Positions 10,338 to 20,261 of a DNA stretch of 64,000 nucleotides are shown here, piece after piece. Below the pieces are notes generated by a model. The model searched no databases and was not told the DNA's origin. It was given only the letters and a program-made list of their open reading frames with translations. The stretch lies in the NCBI GenBank assembly GCA_000146465.1, contig CP001951.1; one strand, 5' to 3'. Positions within the stretch are counted from its first letter, which is position 1. Every line of letters starts with the position of its first letter. The translations under genes and the position numbers were made by a program.

Positions 10338-11781
10338 TAATACCCCCAGAACTTCGGTTTCTTTCTTTCTCGCCTTCCTCCAGGATATCAGAGTCTATGT
10401 CGCAAATCCTTTCGAAAGCCTCGTTGAAAACATCGGAGACAAACCCCTCCTGTTGGTCAAATACAACTTCTAGTCTAGCCTTAATGTTGAAGAGATCTTT
10501 CTTCATCCATCCTACCACAGGCCTCAAGTCAGGATCTCCAATCTCAGATATCATTTCTTGTAGCAGGCTTCTGTATCTTATTTCATGGGCAGCCTTTTCT
10601 GGAGAACTCTTCAGTAACTTAGGAACAACTGCTCCAAGTCCCTTGAACGACCAAGAAAAGAGAAGGATTTTCTTGATGTCTTTGAATTCGGAGTGAAATT
10701 TGGCCAACTCCTCTCCTCCCCTGAATTCATAGAACAATGACGACTCTAAGGACATGGCCTCAGATTCCTCGCCCTCCCTAGAAACAGTAAGTGAGCACAT
10801 ACTCTCTATAGAGCATAAAAGTAGTTCTTCACAACACTTAAGCCACCCAATCGATAGGTTCTCATGCACCTTGTCGATTATTAGCCAAACTAGTCTATCC
10901 ATCTGGGAAAGAATCAGTTTTCGAGCCATCTTCGACTGTCTTCCAATTCTTCTGCCGATTTCCTTTATAGCACTAACTGTAGAGTCCTTGAACTCGTCCA
11001 AGCTCCTTGGAAAATAAACTCCCTTAAAGTCCATGCCCTCATAGAAGCCATGAAGCCCTCTTCCAAGTTCGAAGTACTTGTTTGATAACATCAAGCTCTC
11101 TAGGGTTGCTGCAGAAACAAACCTTTTACTCCTCTTCAAAACATCATGAACAAATCCAAATACTTCGGACTTTCCGAATTCTCTTATATAGCACATCTCC
11201 ATATAGAATTTGCTCCAGAAGGTCTTTTCCTCATGAAACCCACTTCTTTTGAATCCTACGGACTCATGAAGTCCTCTTATGCAGCTGGTCCACTGTTCCA
11301 CATTCCTATGAATAAGCTCCAGCTCACCACTAGAAAGAAACCTTTCGGGGTCAAGCCCATTCTGAAGCTCCTCACCATGCTTCCTATAAAGCCGATCCAT
11401 TTCCTGGGTTTCCATGCTAAGATAGATCTTTTCTTTCTTATCTTCTTCACTTACGGCTTTGCTGAGATGCAGGGCATGATGCTCTAACAACCGGAGAGCC
11501 TTCTCTACAGCCACAGATACACCCTTCTTTTTAATCCTAGACATGGTGGCTGGTATTACGAAGTTCGACATTGCATCTACCATGAATTCACATGAGCCTT
11601 TGAGTATGAGAAGCCCATCCTTCCTGTGATTGACTATACAGTCTGCTCCGACCTGGGATTTCTCTTTACATTCATAGGAATGTCCATTACTATCCGAGAT
11701 ACATTTATGAAAATCCGTAGTAGACTTCAATTTGTCCACAATTCTGTCTATCTCATCGCAAAGTGTATTGTTTGTGTCCAT
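10315..11781 (-). CDS. Dynein heavy chain N-terminal tail portion, separated from the motor ORF by a +1 frame break
   Basis: The track ORF is 10315..11820, first codon TTG; the first ATG (MDTNNTLCDEIDRIV...) is at 11781..11779. It ends at TAA 10317..10315, only 23 nt inside the start of the 2349..10337 ORF. Both frames are open across 10318..10394, a stretch that includes the C5 homopolymer at 10343..10347. It lies on the same strand and is contiguous with the motor ORF, and together they total about 3,150 aa. Confidence 0.55.
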   Translation of the reverse strand: MDTNNTLCDEIDRIVDKLKSTTDFHKCISDSNGHSYECKEKSQVGADCIVNHRKDGLLILKGSCEFMVDAMSNFVIPATMSRIKKKGVSVAVEKALRLLEHHALHLSKAVSEEDKKEKIYLSMETQEMDRLYRKHGEELQNGLDPERFLSSGELELIHRNVEQWTSCIRGLHESVGFKRSGFHEEKTFWSKFYMEMCYIREFGKSEVFGFVHDVLKRSKRFVSAATLESLMLSNKYFELGRGLHGFYEGMDFKGVYFPRSLDEFKDSTVSAIKEIGRRIGRQSKMARKLILSQMDRLVWLIIDKVHENLSIGWLKCCEELLLCSIESMCSLTVSREGEESEAMSLESSLFYEFRGGEELAKFHSEFKDIKKILLFSWSFKGLGAVVPKLLKSSPEKAAHEIRYRSLLQEMISEIGDPDLRPVVGWMKKDLFNIKARLEVVFDQQEGFVSDVFNEAFERICDIDSDILEEGEKERNRSSGGIIATGGWR

Positions 11782-11804
11782 TGGAGGGTCAGAAGAGCAA
11801 AGAT

Positions 11805-12725
11805 ATGAGAACCTTAACAATTGATGGAAGAGCCCTAGTTATGGACATCCACATGCTAAGAAAGGAAAGAGAAAACTGCATCAATGAAAGAGATCGGCTC
11901 ATTTCTGAAATGGACTCTTTCATCGTAGGGTCGATGGGGGAAATAAGAGAAGCATTGACCATTCCCGAAACTACTGTCTGGGAAATCTCTCAGGAGGATC
12001 TCTTGCTATTTGTCTCCTGGAGGATATCCAAGCTGATTTCTCTAACAAGAGATAAAAAGATAGAAATTCTCAGCAAGCTCGTTTGGGAAAAGGTGAACTA
12101 CAAAGACTTGGAGAACATCCTAGTCGCCGAGTATTGCTACAAAAAAGTGTTGGCAAACGACTTTTCGGAAAGTTCTGCCTGGGATACCGATGTTTACATT
12201 GACATAGGAAATGGGGATGTGGACATAAAAAGCGATTCTGTGGAAAGAATAACAACTGGTTCGGATGGGGTCTTTTACAGATCACTGAATGGTCTATTTT
12301 CGAAGAGGTTCCATGTGAGGGTTAGCAAGGAGCTAATGAGGTCTTATGCCCTGAATATAAAGGTGGAGATGGGCCTGGAGATCTTCAAAAGCCTCTATGA
12401 GAAGGATGAGGAAGACCTGAAAAGGCTGTCATCATACAAACACTACAAGGAGAAAGGGCTTCCCACACTCGTTATGAGCGGTGAAATGACAAGTAATCTG
12501 ATGGAAGACATAAGAGCAAGAGTTTCCCAGGAAGTTACTGGAATAATTGCTGCAGAAATGCCAGACAGAAAAAAGGCGCTTCTCATCACCTACCTCCTTG
12601 TGATGTTTGGAGGAATCGGGTCGGATCTTGACTTAAGCTATTTCAATGGGAAGAAAGAATTATACATGCTGGAATGGACAAAATCCAAAGAAAATATTTT
12701 TATCAAAATACAACTCGAGAGCTAA
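11805..12725 (+). CDS. Hypothetical protein
   Basis: The track ORF is 11763..12725, first codon GTG; the first ATG (MRTLTIDG...) is at 11805. It is divergent from the dynein ATG at 11781, only 24 nt away. I recognise no family. Confidence 0.4.
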   Translation: MRTLTIDGRALVMDIHMLRKERENCINERDRLISEMDSFIVGSMGEIREALTIPETTVWEISQEDLLLFVSWRISKLISLTRDKKIEILSKLVWEKVNYKDLENILVAEYCYKKVLANDFSESSAWDTDVYIDIGNGDVDIKSDSVERITTGSDGVFYRSLNGLFSKRFHVRVSKELMRSYALNIKVEMGLEIFKSLYEKDEEDLKRLSSYKHYKEKGLPTLVMSGEMTSNLMEDIRARVSQEVTGIIAAEMPDRKKALLITYLLVMFGGIGSDLDLSYFNGKKELYMLEWTKSKENIFIKIQLES

Positions 12726-12729
12726 CACC

Positions 12730-13863
12730 TTAATACAGTTTAAGCAGGGATCCTTTTACACATCGGTCCCTGGACCTCTGAGCTTTCTGCAACTGCTTTT
12801 CGCTGTATGTGAAAATAAATTCGTTTCCACTTATTCTCAACATCTTGTATGCAGAAAGAGTACCTACTATGTCGTCCTCAGATATGTGAGTTTCTTTGGA
12901 TATCTCGTTGATGCTTGCTTTGTCGTGTCTTGAAAGATACTCTACAACAACCTCCATCCAATATGCTCTGTAGCTAAGAAGCCCAAGATCACTCAGAGGC
13001 TTTTCAGGCCCGGAAATCACATTTTCTCTTTTGCTGAGTAGGTATGAGAAGTCGATCAGGACTCTCCCATATCCCTTTCTTTGCTCAAAAGGAAGGGTCA
13101 AGATGCATGCAAGATTGTATCCCTGCTCAGACACCTTTTCCTTTGAGAAGTATCCCACTATCTGGTATCCGTTGTCTTCCAGCCTGCAGAGCACATAAAA
13201 CATAAATACATCTATATCGTAATAGAGCGACTTGTGATCCAAAAACAGCTTTGAAAGTAGAGATAAGTTCCTACAGTAGTTTTTCTGTATGTGCCCGTCG
13301 CATTCAAAAAAACTTAAGTCTCCGTCCCGGTATATCTCTCTTCCGGGAGGATGGCGAAGCTTGCATTGCCTTGCATGCTGAGTCAGGCTGTCCATTGTCC
13401 CAAAATAGTAAAGACAGAACTCGCATATGTAAACCACGTCGTTCTCGGCTATTGCCTTTGGATATGGCGAGAAATACCATGCATCCACAAGATAATTCCG
13501 AAGCATGATCTTCTTGACGTTCTTCATCTTGAACTCTTCATCCTGAGGCGGCTTCTCCAGCTTAGGCTCTTCATCCCCTCCTCCATCCTCCTTTTCCGAG
13601 TCTCTTCTCGACTTCTCGGTCTTTGTCTTTTCCGACTTCTTTTTCTTAGGAATCTCCACCTGAGAAGGGTCGCTGAGGTCAACCATCGACGAGTCTATCC
13701 ACTCATCAAGCCTTCTGTTCAGCTCCACATAATGGACATAGAACTCAAGCCTGGAGTTGGTTGTTCTTGTCCCAAGAACCTCTGCTTTGAATACTTCTTC
13801 GGCCCCATCCACAATCTTCTTGACTGGAACTTTGAATCCTATACAAACATCCTCGAGCTTCAT
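12730..13863 (-). CDS. ESA1: MYST-family histone acetyltransferase (Esa1/Tip60-like) with an N-terminal chromo/tudor-knot domain
   Basis: The first ATG is at 13863 (MKLEDVCIGFKV...; the track start at 13884 is TTG). The chromo-like block YVHYVELNRRLDEWI, the C2HC zinc finger CEFCLYYFGTMDSLTQHARQC, the acetyl-CoA site QRKGYGRVLIDFSYLLSKRE and LSDLGLLSYRAYW are the MYST HAT signature. Confidence 0.85.
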   Translation of the reverse strand: MKLEDVCIGFKVPVKKIVDGAEEVFKAEVLGTRTTNSRLEFYVHYVELNRRLDEWIDSSMVDLSDPSQVEIPKKKKSEKTKTEKSRRDSEKEDGGGDEEPKLEKPPQDEEFKMKNVKKIMLRNYLVDAWYFSPYPKAIAENDVVYICEFCLYYFGTMDSLTQHARQCKLRHPPGREIYRDGDLSFFECDGHIQKNYCRNLSLLSKLFLDHKSLYYDIDVFMFYVLCRLEDNGYQIVGYFSKEKVSEQGYNLACILTLPFEQRKGYGRVLIDFSYLLSKRENVISGPEKPLSDLGLLSYRAYWMEVVVEYLSRHDKASINEISKETHISEDDIVGTLSAYKMLRISGNEFIFTYSEKQLQKAQRSRDRCVKGSLLKLY

Positions 13864-13913
13864 AGGCTGGTGGCTTCCATGCAAATTTTTAGGAAATCAA
13901 CTCTTCCCTCCAG
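13864..13913. promoter_or_regulatory. 50-nt bidirectional promoter between ESA1 (minus) and NIP7 (plus), with a shared AAATTTTT box
   Basis: The sequence is ggctggtggcttccatgcAAATTTTTaggaaatcaactcttCCCtCCag, followed by the NIP7 ATG at 13914. Read on the other strand, the same box sits about 25 nt upstream of the ESA1 ATG. Confidence 0.3.
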
Positions 13914-14444
13914 ATGAGGGATTTAAAACAGGAAGAGGAGGAGAAGGTCCTCAAGAAGCTTAAGTTTTTCATTGGCGACAATGTCAACAGGATTCTTTCT
14001 GGAGAAGAAAAGCTCTTTTTGCACAACCAGCGTGTCATGCTCCTTTCGGAAAAGATGAAAGCGGCAACATCTATGATATCCAGGAAAAATCTCATCATGG
14101 CAGGGACGGTGATAGGGAAGTTTACCAAGAATGGGAACTTCCGGCTGGGAATATCGTCTTTGAACCTTCTCTCCAAGTGGGCCATACACAAGGTCTGGAT
14201 CAAGAGCAGTGCAGAAATGAATTATGTGTATGGAAACAACTCTCTGAAATCTCATATATTCCGGAGCTCTGAGGGAATTCCCATCAATGCAGGAGTCTTT
14301 GTATTCAATCAGCATGATGTTCCTCTTGGGTTTGGGATTACTTCCTTGACGCCTCAGGCTTACTCTGCAGCAAAGGGACATGCACTTGTCCTTCTAAGAC
14401 AGTCGGATACAGGAGAGTATGTCCGTAACGAAGAAAAAATATAA
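13914..14444 (+). CDS. NIP7: 60S ribosome subunit biogenesis protein NIP7 (PUA domain)
   Basis: The 176-aa product has FIGDNVNRIL, RVMLLSEKMKAATSMISRKNLIMAGTVIGKFTKNGNFRLGISSLNLL and HKVWIK, in the same order as conserved NIP7. Confidence 0.8.
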   Translation: MRDLKQEEEEKVLKKLKFFIGDNVNRILSGEEKLFLHNQRVMLLSEKMKAATSMISRKNLIMAGTVIGKFTKNGNFRLGISSLNLLSKWAIHKVWIKSSAEMNYVYGNNSLKSHIFRSSEGIPINAGVFVFNQHDVPLGFGITSLTPQAYSAAKGHALVLLRQSDTGEYVRNEEKI

Positions 14445-14538
14445 TCATATAAACGTTTCTTTTACTGAATTCCTCTGAGGAAATGCATATGTCTGTTTTT
14501 ACGATTATTTCTCCCTGGACGGAATAGTCCCGAGTGTT

Positions 14539-16923
14539 ATGTCTGGAAAGAAGGAGAGACTTCTGAAAAAGTATTTGGAAAAGAAAAAGAGGCAGAGGAA
14601 TAGAGATGAGCTGTATGCACAGATAGCTGCATTATGTAGGCCTGAGGAGGATAGAAAGGAACAAGAAAAGTCTGAAAAGAGGAAGCTGGAAGAGGTCCGG
14701 AGTGATTCTGAAGACATCTCGTTGTCAGTCTCAGAAGACTCTCCATCTTCCTCAGAAAATGAGGTAGGCCATTCTTTACAAACCAAGGCGATGGATGTTG
14801 GATGTGAAACCATGAAAGACTCGAATGAGGAGGAGGCAATGGATATGTATTTGTGGGATACCCACGCAAGAAACATCCAAGAAGAAGCCAAGAATGCCAT
14901 GGTATTTTCCGAGGATAAAGAGTCTTCGGAGTGTGAAGACGGCACTGGAGATTCTGTTTCTGAAGACAGAAATACCTACATTTCTGAAGAGACAGGAAAA
15001 GATGTATCCAAAGAGTATGAGACAAAGACTCTTGAAAACCGACGGGAAGACATCGAAGAGTACAGAAAGACATTGCCGATTTACTACGAGAAGGCGGAAA
15101 TCATATTTACAGTCCGGAACTCCTCGATAGTATTTATTACGGGAGCAACTGGATGCGGGAAGACAACCCAAATTCCACAGTTTCTCTATGAAGGGGGGTT
15201 GGGGACATATGGAATGATAGGTGTTACACAGCCAAGAAGAATATCGGCAGTCTCGATATCCGGAAGGATCAACGAAGAAGCTAATGAGGATATTTGTGGA
15301 TACAAAATCCGGTACGAGTCGTCGGTTACTTCTGAAACCAAGATCAAAGTAATGACGGACGGAGTACTACTAAGAGAAATACAAGAGGATTTTCTCTTGT
15401 CAAAGTATTCTGTCATCATCATTGATGAGGTTCATGAAAGAAGCACTAACATCGACCTCCTAGTCTCTATGATTCCTCGGATCATGAAGATAAGAAAGGA
15501 AAGAGGAAATGAGCTTAAGCTAGTTCTGATGAGTGCCACCGGAGATGTGGATGAATTCAAAGCATTCCTTGGAGACATTACTGTCTTTAGATGTCCTGAG
15601 AAGGGATTCCAGGTGAACACGTTCTATGAGGAAAGGACCGAAATGGACTATCTGAATGCAGCATATGAAAGAATAAGAAAGATAATTCTTTCTGGATCCG
15701 ACTCTGGAAAGAGAAGAAAGATGAATGGAGAAAGGTCGGATGTGATTGGCTCTGCCGTTTCCAACGACAAGTCTGCTTCAATTCTTGTTTTTCTTAGCAG
15801 CAAGCAAGAGATATATCAGCTCAAGAGTAGGCTGGAAGGTTCTGGAATGGATTTGACTGCTCTCCCTCTCCATTCATCTCTCTCTCGAGCGGAGCAGGAG
15901 CTTGTGTTTAAAAAAACTCCGAATAGGAAGGTAATACTTGCCACCAATGTTGCAGAAACCAGTATTACAATACCAGACATTGTCTTTGTGGTTGATTCGG
16001 GGAAAGTCAAGAACCGGATGGTTGACTCCGAGGGAATTACAAGATACTCTGTCGACTTTATTACGAAGTCAAGCGCAACCCAAAGAATGGGAAGAGCTGG
16101 GAGAACCGGGCCTGGAATATGCTACCGACTGTATTCTGGAAAGGCTTATGAGAAGTTCTTTGAGTGTATGGAGCCGCAGATTTTGAGAGAACCTCTTGAT
16201 GGAGTAGTGCTCGGCCTTCTGTCTCTGGGAATTGGAAATGTTTATGGATTTCCGTTTCTCTCCAGGCCTGAAAAGAAATCCATAGCTAGTGCCACTATGC
16301 GCCTCCAAGCACTGGGTGCAATTGATGGAAACCTAAGGTTAACAGAGCTGGGGAAGAAGATGTCGATGTATCCTGTAGAACCTAGGCTGGCAAGACTGCT
16401 TTGCGCACAGGGATTTGAGGATATATTTACTGAAATCCTTGTTCTTGTCAGCTTGATTTCCTTGGGTATCGAAGTGAGGAGGAACCACAGCAACGGAAAG
16501 TATTTTGAAGGCTCCAAAAGCGATCTTCTAGTTCTTCTGGGAATCTACAATGATTTCTTGAAGAGTAGAAATAGAAAGTCGTTTTGCACAGAAATGGGCC
16601 TGGGCTATACAACAGCAGTTGAGGCGATGAAGATGATAACACACCTGGCAAAAATCACTGGTGGTACAGTGGACAAAGTTGGGTCCCTAAACTTGACTCC
16701 GGACACATGTTCCCGAATAAGAAACATAATATATCGAGGATTTGCAGATCACCTAGCCATGCCTTTATCCGGCACTCATTTCTTTCAAAAAGAAGAAGTC
16801 TCTCCATCGAGGGATAGCGTCTCGGTTGAAAGCGGGGACTTTGTTGTCTTTGGGAGCCTGGTTTCTAGCAAAGGGAAGCTATATATGAAAAACATCACCA
16901 TTGTCGAGGAAAGCTGGTTTTAA
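14539..16923 (+). CDS. DEAH-box ATP-dependent RNA helicase (Prp43/Prp16/Prp22 family)
   Basis: Motif I GATGCGKTTQIPQFL, motif II IIIDEVHERS, motif III LMSATGD, QRMGRAGRTGPGICYRLYS and the HA2/OB C-terminal region. The N-terminus is acidic and Ser/Glu-rich. Confidence 0.8.
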   Translation: MSGKKERLLKKYLEKKKRQRNRDELYAQIAALCRPEEDRKEQEKSEKRKLEEVRSDSEDISLSVSEDSPSSSENEVGHSLQTKAMDVGCETMKDSNEEEAMDMYLWDTHARNIQEEAKNAMVFSEDKESSECEDGTGDSVSEDRNTYISEETGKDVSKEYETKTLENRREDIEEYRKTLPIYYEKAEIIFTVRNSSIVFITGATGCGKTTQIPQFLYEGGLGTYGMIGVTQPRRISAVSISGRINEEANEDICGYKIRYESSVTSETKIKVMTDGVLLREIQEDFLLSKYSVIIIDEVHERSTNIDLLVSMIPRIMKIRKERGNELKLVLMSATGDVDEFKAFLGDITVFRCPEKGFQVNTFYEERTEMDYLNAAYERIRKIILSGSDSGKRRKMNGERSDVIGSAVSNDKSASILVFLSSKQEIYQLKSRLEGSGMDLTALPLHSSLSRAEQELVFKKTPNRKVILATNVAETSITIPDIVFVVDSGKVKNRMVDSEGITRYSVDFITKSSATQRMGRAGRTGPGICYRLYSGKAYEKFFECMEPQILREPLDGVVLGLLSLGIGNVYGFPFLSRPEKKSIASATMRLQALGAIDGNLRLTELGKKMSMYPVEPRLARLLCAQGFEDIFTEILVLVSLISLGIEVRRNHSNGKYFEGSKSDLLVLLGIYNDFLKSRNRKSFCTEMGLGYTTAVEAMKMITHLAKITGGTVDKVGSLNLTPDTCSRIRNIIYRGFADHLAMPLSGTHFFQKEEVSPSRDSVSVESGDFVVFGSLVSSKGKLYMKNITIVEESWF

Positions 16924-16957
16924 AATCCAAAGTTTTCTTCTTTAAACCTCTGCTTTA

Positions 16958-18331
16958 TTACTTTTTTCTGATCCTTTTTTTAGGTTTAGTCCCCTTTCTC
17001 TCGGTTTTTTCAGGCTTAACAAACTTTTCAAACTTGACGTTCTTCAGCTCTGCCATTCCAGGTATTTTCTCCAGAAAGAAAAGCTCGGCCAAAGAGTTGA
17101 AGTCCAAGCCCTTGTAGTCCAAGATGTAAGACACAAAGTGCTCCTTGTATGACCTTATGTAGGACACAAAGGCCTTAACAGAAAGGTTTAGGAGATCAGA
17201 ATCAATCTTGCTCTTTATGTCGCTATAGGAAGTCGAAGGCTTTATCTTGTAACTGCTCTCTGCCACGGGAATCCCCTTCAGCTTTAGAAACTCGGTATAT
17301 GCTTTCTCATTCGGCATCACAAAGAGGATGGACTCCCCTTTGCATCCATTTCTGGCCGTTCGTCCACTTCTGTGGACTATACTGCTGTATTCCTTTGGGA
17401 TGTCAAAATGCACTACCAAATCCACATCCTGAAAGTCGATTCCCCTTGCCGCCACGTCTGTGCAGAAAAGAAGGCTGTTTCCCTTGAAAAACTCTCTGTA
17501 GACCCTATTTCGCTCATCTTGGGGGATCTTCCCATGTATCTTGCAGATGTTTTGCAGCCCAGCTCTCGAAAGCAGACTAGAAAAGAAGTCCACCTCGTTG
17601 CAAGTTGCAAAGAAAACAATACATCTTCGCCCAGGGACAATATCAACTAGAGCAAATAGCTTGTCCATAGGACTTAGAACAATATATTCGAGAGCGACAG
17701 GCATTGCGTTGTTCCCTACATTGATGCTAACAGGATTCCTTAGAGAAGACATCGAGAGCTTGCTCACAGAGTCGTTGATTGTTGCGGAAAATAGGCCTGT
17801 AACTCTGTTTTTTGGAAGCTTTGCAAGTAGTTGCAGGAGCTTTTCCTCAAACCCAAAGCCCAGTAGCTTATCTGCTTCATCAAGTATAGCATGTCTGACC
17901 CGTGAAAATTTCTTTGTGTCTCTACCGACAATCTCCAAGAGTCTTCCCGGCGTTCCAACAACAATGGGAAATTCCTTCTTCATTCTTTCGTAGTCATCTT
18001 CAATGTTCATTCCGCCGATAAAGCATTCGCATCCCACCCCAAACAGATCGGCTACGTCCTTGATCTGCAAGGCAAGCTCTCTAGTCGGTGTGATAATCAT
18101 CGCTACAATTCCCTTCTCTTCTCTCCTGTCGTATATCGCACTAAGTATTGGTGCAAGAAACGCCATGGTCTTTCCTGTACCTGTTGGAGACTGGACCACC
18201 ACATCCTTTCCCTTCAGCATTTCCGGAACACACATCTGTTGAACATCAGTCATCTTCCCAAACCCGTTCGCTTCTATTTCCTTCTTCAAAATGCTGTTTA
18301 TAGGAATATCTTCAATTCCCCTGGGACGCAT
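16958..18331 (-). CDS. DEAD-box ATP-dependent RNA helicase, ribosome-biogenesis type (Has1/Spb4/Dbp4-like, with a DUF4217-like C-terminus)
   Basis: Q-motif region, motif I SPTGTGKTMAF, PTRELALQ, DEAD (ILDEADKLL), SAT, HRSGRTARNG and a C-terminal KAFVSYIRSYKEHFVSYILDYKGLDFNSLAELF block. Confidence 0.8.
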   Translation of the reverse strand: MRPRGIEDIPINSILKKEIEANGFGKMTDVQQMCVPEMLKGKDVVVQSPTGTGKTMAFLAPILSAIYDRREEKGIVAMIITPTRELALQIKDVADLFGVGCECFIGGMNIEDDYERMKKEFPIVVGTPGRLLEIVGRDTKKFSRVRHAILDEADKLLGFGFEEKLLQLLAKLPKNRVTGLFSATINDSVSKLSMSSLRNPVSINVGNNAMPVALEYIVLSPMDKLFALVDIVPGRRCIVFFATCNEVDFFSSLLSRAGLQNICKIHGKIPQDERNRVYREFFKGNSLLFCTDVAARGIDFQDVDLVVHFDIPKEYSSIVHRSGRTARNGCKGESILFVMPNEKAYTEFLKLKGIPVAESSYKIKPSTSYSDIKSKIDSDLLNLSVKAFVSYIRSYKEHFVSYILDYKGLDFNSLAELFFLEKIPGMAELKNVKFEKFVKPEKTERKGTKPKKRIRKK

Positions 18332-18408
18332 TAAAACCGGGACACATCCTAGTTGATCTAAAAATACAAAATTCCGTAAAACTTATAGCTCTCTCTAAAC
18401 TTTTATTC

Positions 18409-20079
18409 TCAGCTTCCAGAAGGTAGAACCCATGTCTTTAGTATCGAGTTGTATCTTTTGAAAACAGAGCGCGAGATGATTCCGTCCTCAACCAATAAAT
18501 AGCCGTACTTGAAGACCACGTTCATCTTGATGTCAGGTGGGCACTCCCCGAGCCCCTGTATGATGAGATCCATAAGCATCTCCTGCTTCTCTATTTCTCT
18601 CATGTGTCCGTCGAGAATAGAGAAGAACATGGAGGCCTTGATCGTTGATCCATCTATGTCGTTAAAGTCTATCATTTCCACTAAGAACATCGAAAATGCT
18701 TCTATCAGATCGAGAGAGGAAGCGTTCCTCACTATTCTCAGGAGAGTTATTTGCTTGACAACATCGTCCATGTCCACTCTGTCCAGATCCTCCCGCTCAA
18801 CCACAGAAAGCAGATACAGCACAACATCGTCAAAAAAAGATGTTCCTCTTCGGGGCTCCTTCTCCTCGAAAACAGCCTCCTCAGCCTCATCCTCCAAGTA
18901 GTTGTAGTGAATAACTCTTCCCTCAGAAAAGACTATGTGGTCCATAAAGTCCTCCTTTACCGAAATATCATCCCATATAATGCATCTGTCTATGTTTCCC
19001 CCGATAAAGCATCCATGCCCAACCACCGAGTTCTTGATGAAATGATTCATCTTAAACTTCAAGTCGCATCCGATAACAGTATTTGATATCGGTTCATGGA
19101 ACTCCACATCCGGGATGTCGAAGAAAAAGTTGCTTTCCACCTGTACAAAGCTCCGAAAATCCCCAGAGTTATGGCATTTAAATCTCAGTAGGTCCACAGC
19201 TTTTCCCTCCCTGACATCTTCGTTGAACTTAAAGTAGTCGTACAATGTGACAATCTCCCTGCTGTAAAATCTATTTCTTCTTTCAATGCTGAGTTGCTCT
19301 ATGTTTCCATTTACATCCATCATATCTCCCTGTCTGCAGCACATTATCTTGAAGTTATATGCGTTGAACCCAAGAATCCCTCCAACCAGATCCCCAAGAG
19401 TTTTGAAGTCGAAGTTCTCTGTGAAGAGTGGAAAAATTGCCGATGACACAACTGCTATTGTCGGGGAGGATAGATTTGCAGTGAATTCGATCGTCCCATC
19501 GCTTTCTACTGCCTCTCTAACCTTCTCACTGTTACACTTCTCATTGATACATTTGTTGTAGAAGATAACCTCATTGTCCCGGAACCCATATAAGTGCGAC
19601 ACCCTACTGTTGCTTTCGTTAGGGTGCAAAAACAGAGTCATCACAAAGCTTTTGTCTTCTCTATGCCTATTGATAATACTTCTAAGAGGATAGTTCGTAT
19701 AGTGATTTGCATATATGACCAGAAGATCGTCGAACTCAAGTCCGTTGTCATCGATGTGTCTCATCAGATCTCCCAACGATTTCCCATCGCATCCAAGCGA
19801 TATGATATTCATCCTCCCCCCAAGTTCTGTTTTCTTGACATGTTTTATCACCTCTTCGCAATCACTCCCTGCAAGAACCACATTGAAGAATTTCTGATCA
19901 CAAAGGCTCGATAGAATATACTCTATCATGGGTATATTTGCCACAGGAAACAGAGACAAATTTTTCCGGAGGCTGGTCATCTCCGCAGGGATCTGCTTTG
20001 TCTCATAGAAGTCACAAATCAAAAGGATTATCTCTCTGTTTTCCCTTATAAAGTTTTTAATGTCCCTGATTTCCATCAA
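18409..20079 (-). CDS. Translation initiation factor eIF-2B epsilon-like subunit, with a nucleotidyl-transferase N-domain, a hexapeptide-repeat beta-helix and a W2-like C-terminus
   Basis: The N-terminal LFPVANIPMIEYILSSL matches the eIF2B gamma/epsilon and GDP-mannose pyrophosphorylase fold. The middle carries I/V-G hexapeptide-like repeats (IGCDLKFKMNHFIKNSVVGHGCFIGGNIDRCIIW). The C-terminus is acidic and aromatic. Confidence 0.5.
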   Translation of the reverse strand: MMEIRDIKNFIRENREIILLICDFYETKQIPAEMTSLRKNLSLFPVANIPMIEYILSSLCDQKFFNVVLAGSDCEEVIKHVKKTELGGRMNIISLGCDGKSLGDLMRHIDDNGLEFDDLLVIYANHYTNYPLRSIINRHREDKSFVMTLFLHPNESNSRVSHLYGFRDNEVIFYNKCINEKCNSEKVREAVESDGTIEFTANLSSPTIAVVSSAIFPLFTENFDFKTLGDLVGGILGFNAYNFKIMCCRQGDMMDVNGNIEQLSIERRNRFYSREIVTLYDYFKFNEDVREGKAVDLLRFKCHNSGDFRSFVQVESNFFFDIPDVEFHEPISNTVIGCDLKFKMNHFIKNSVVGHGCFIGGNIDRCIIWDDISVKEDFMDHIVFSEGRVIHYNYLEDEAEEAVFEEKEPRRGTSFFDDVVLYLLSVVEREDLDRVDMDDVVKQITLLRIVRNASSLDLIEAFSMFLVEMIDFNDIDGSTIKASMFFSILDGHMREIEKQEMLMDLIIQGLGECPPDIKMNVVFKYGYLLVEDGIISRSVFKRYNSILKTWVLPSGS

Positions 20080-20261
20080 TTGAAGGGTATTTAGATTTAT
20101 TTTTGTTTATCGCCTAGACACTATTGATACATCCCAATCAAAACGGCCACACGTTCAGGTATCCTATTTGTGTTCCCCATCTCAAGCACCATGGCCATCA
20201 AGTTCCTCTACAGTGTTTCAGGCCTGCCTGCCTAACATGCAAACTATTTCATAATCAAAAT

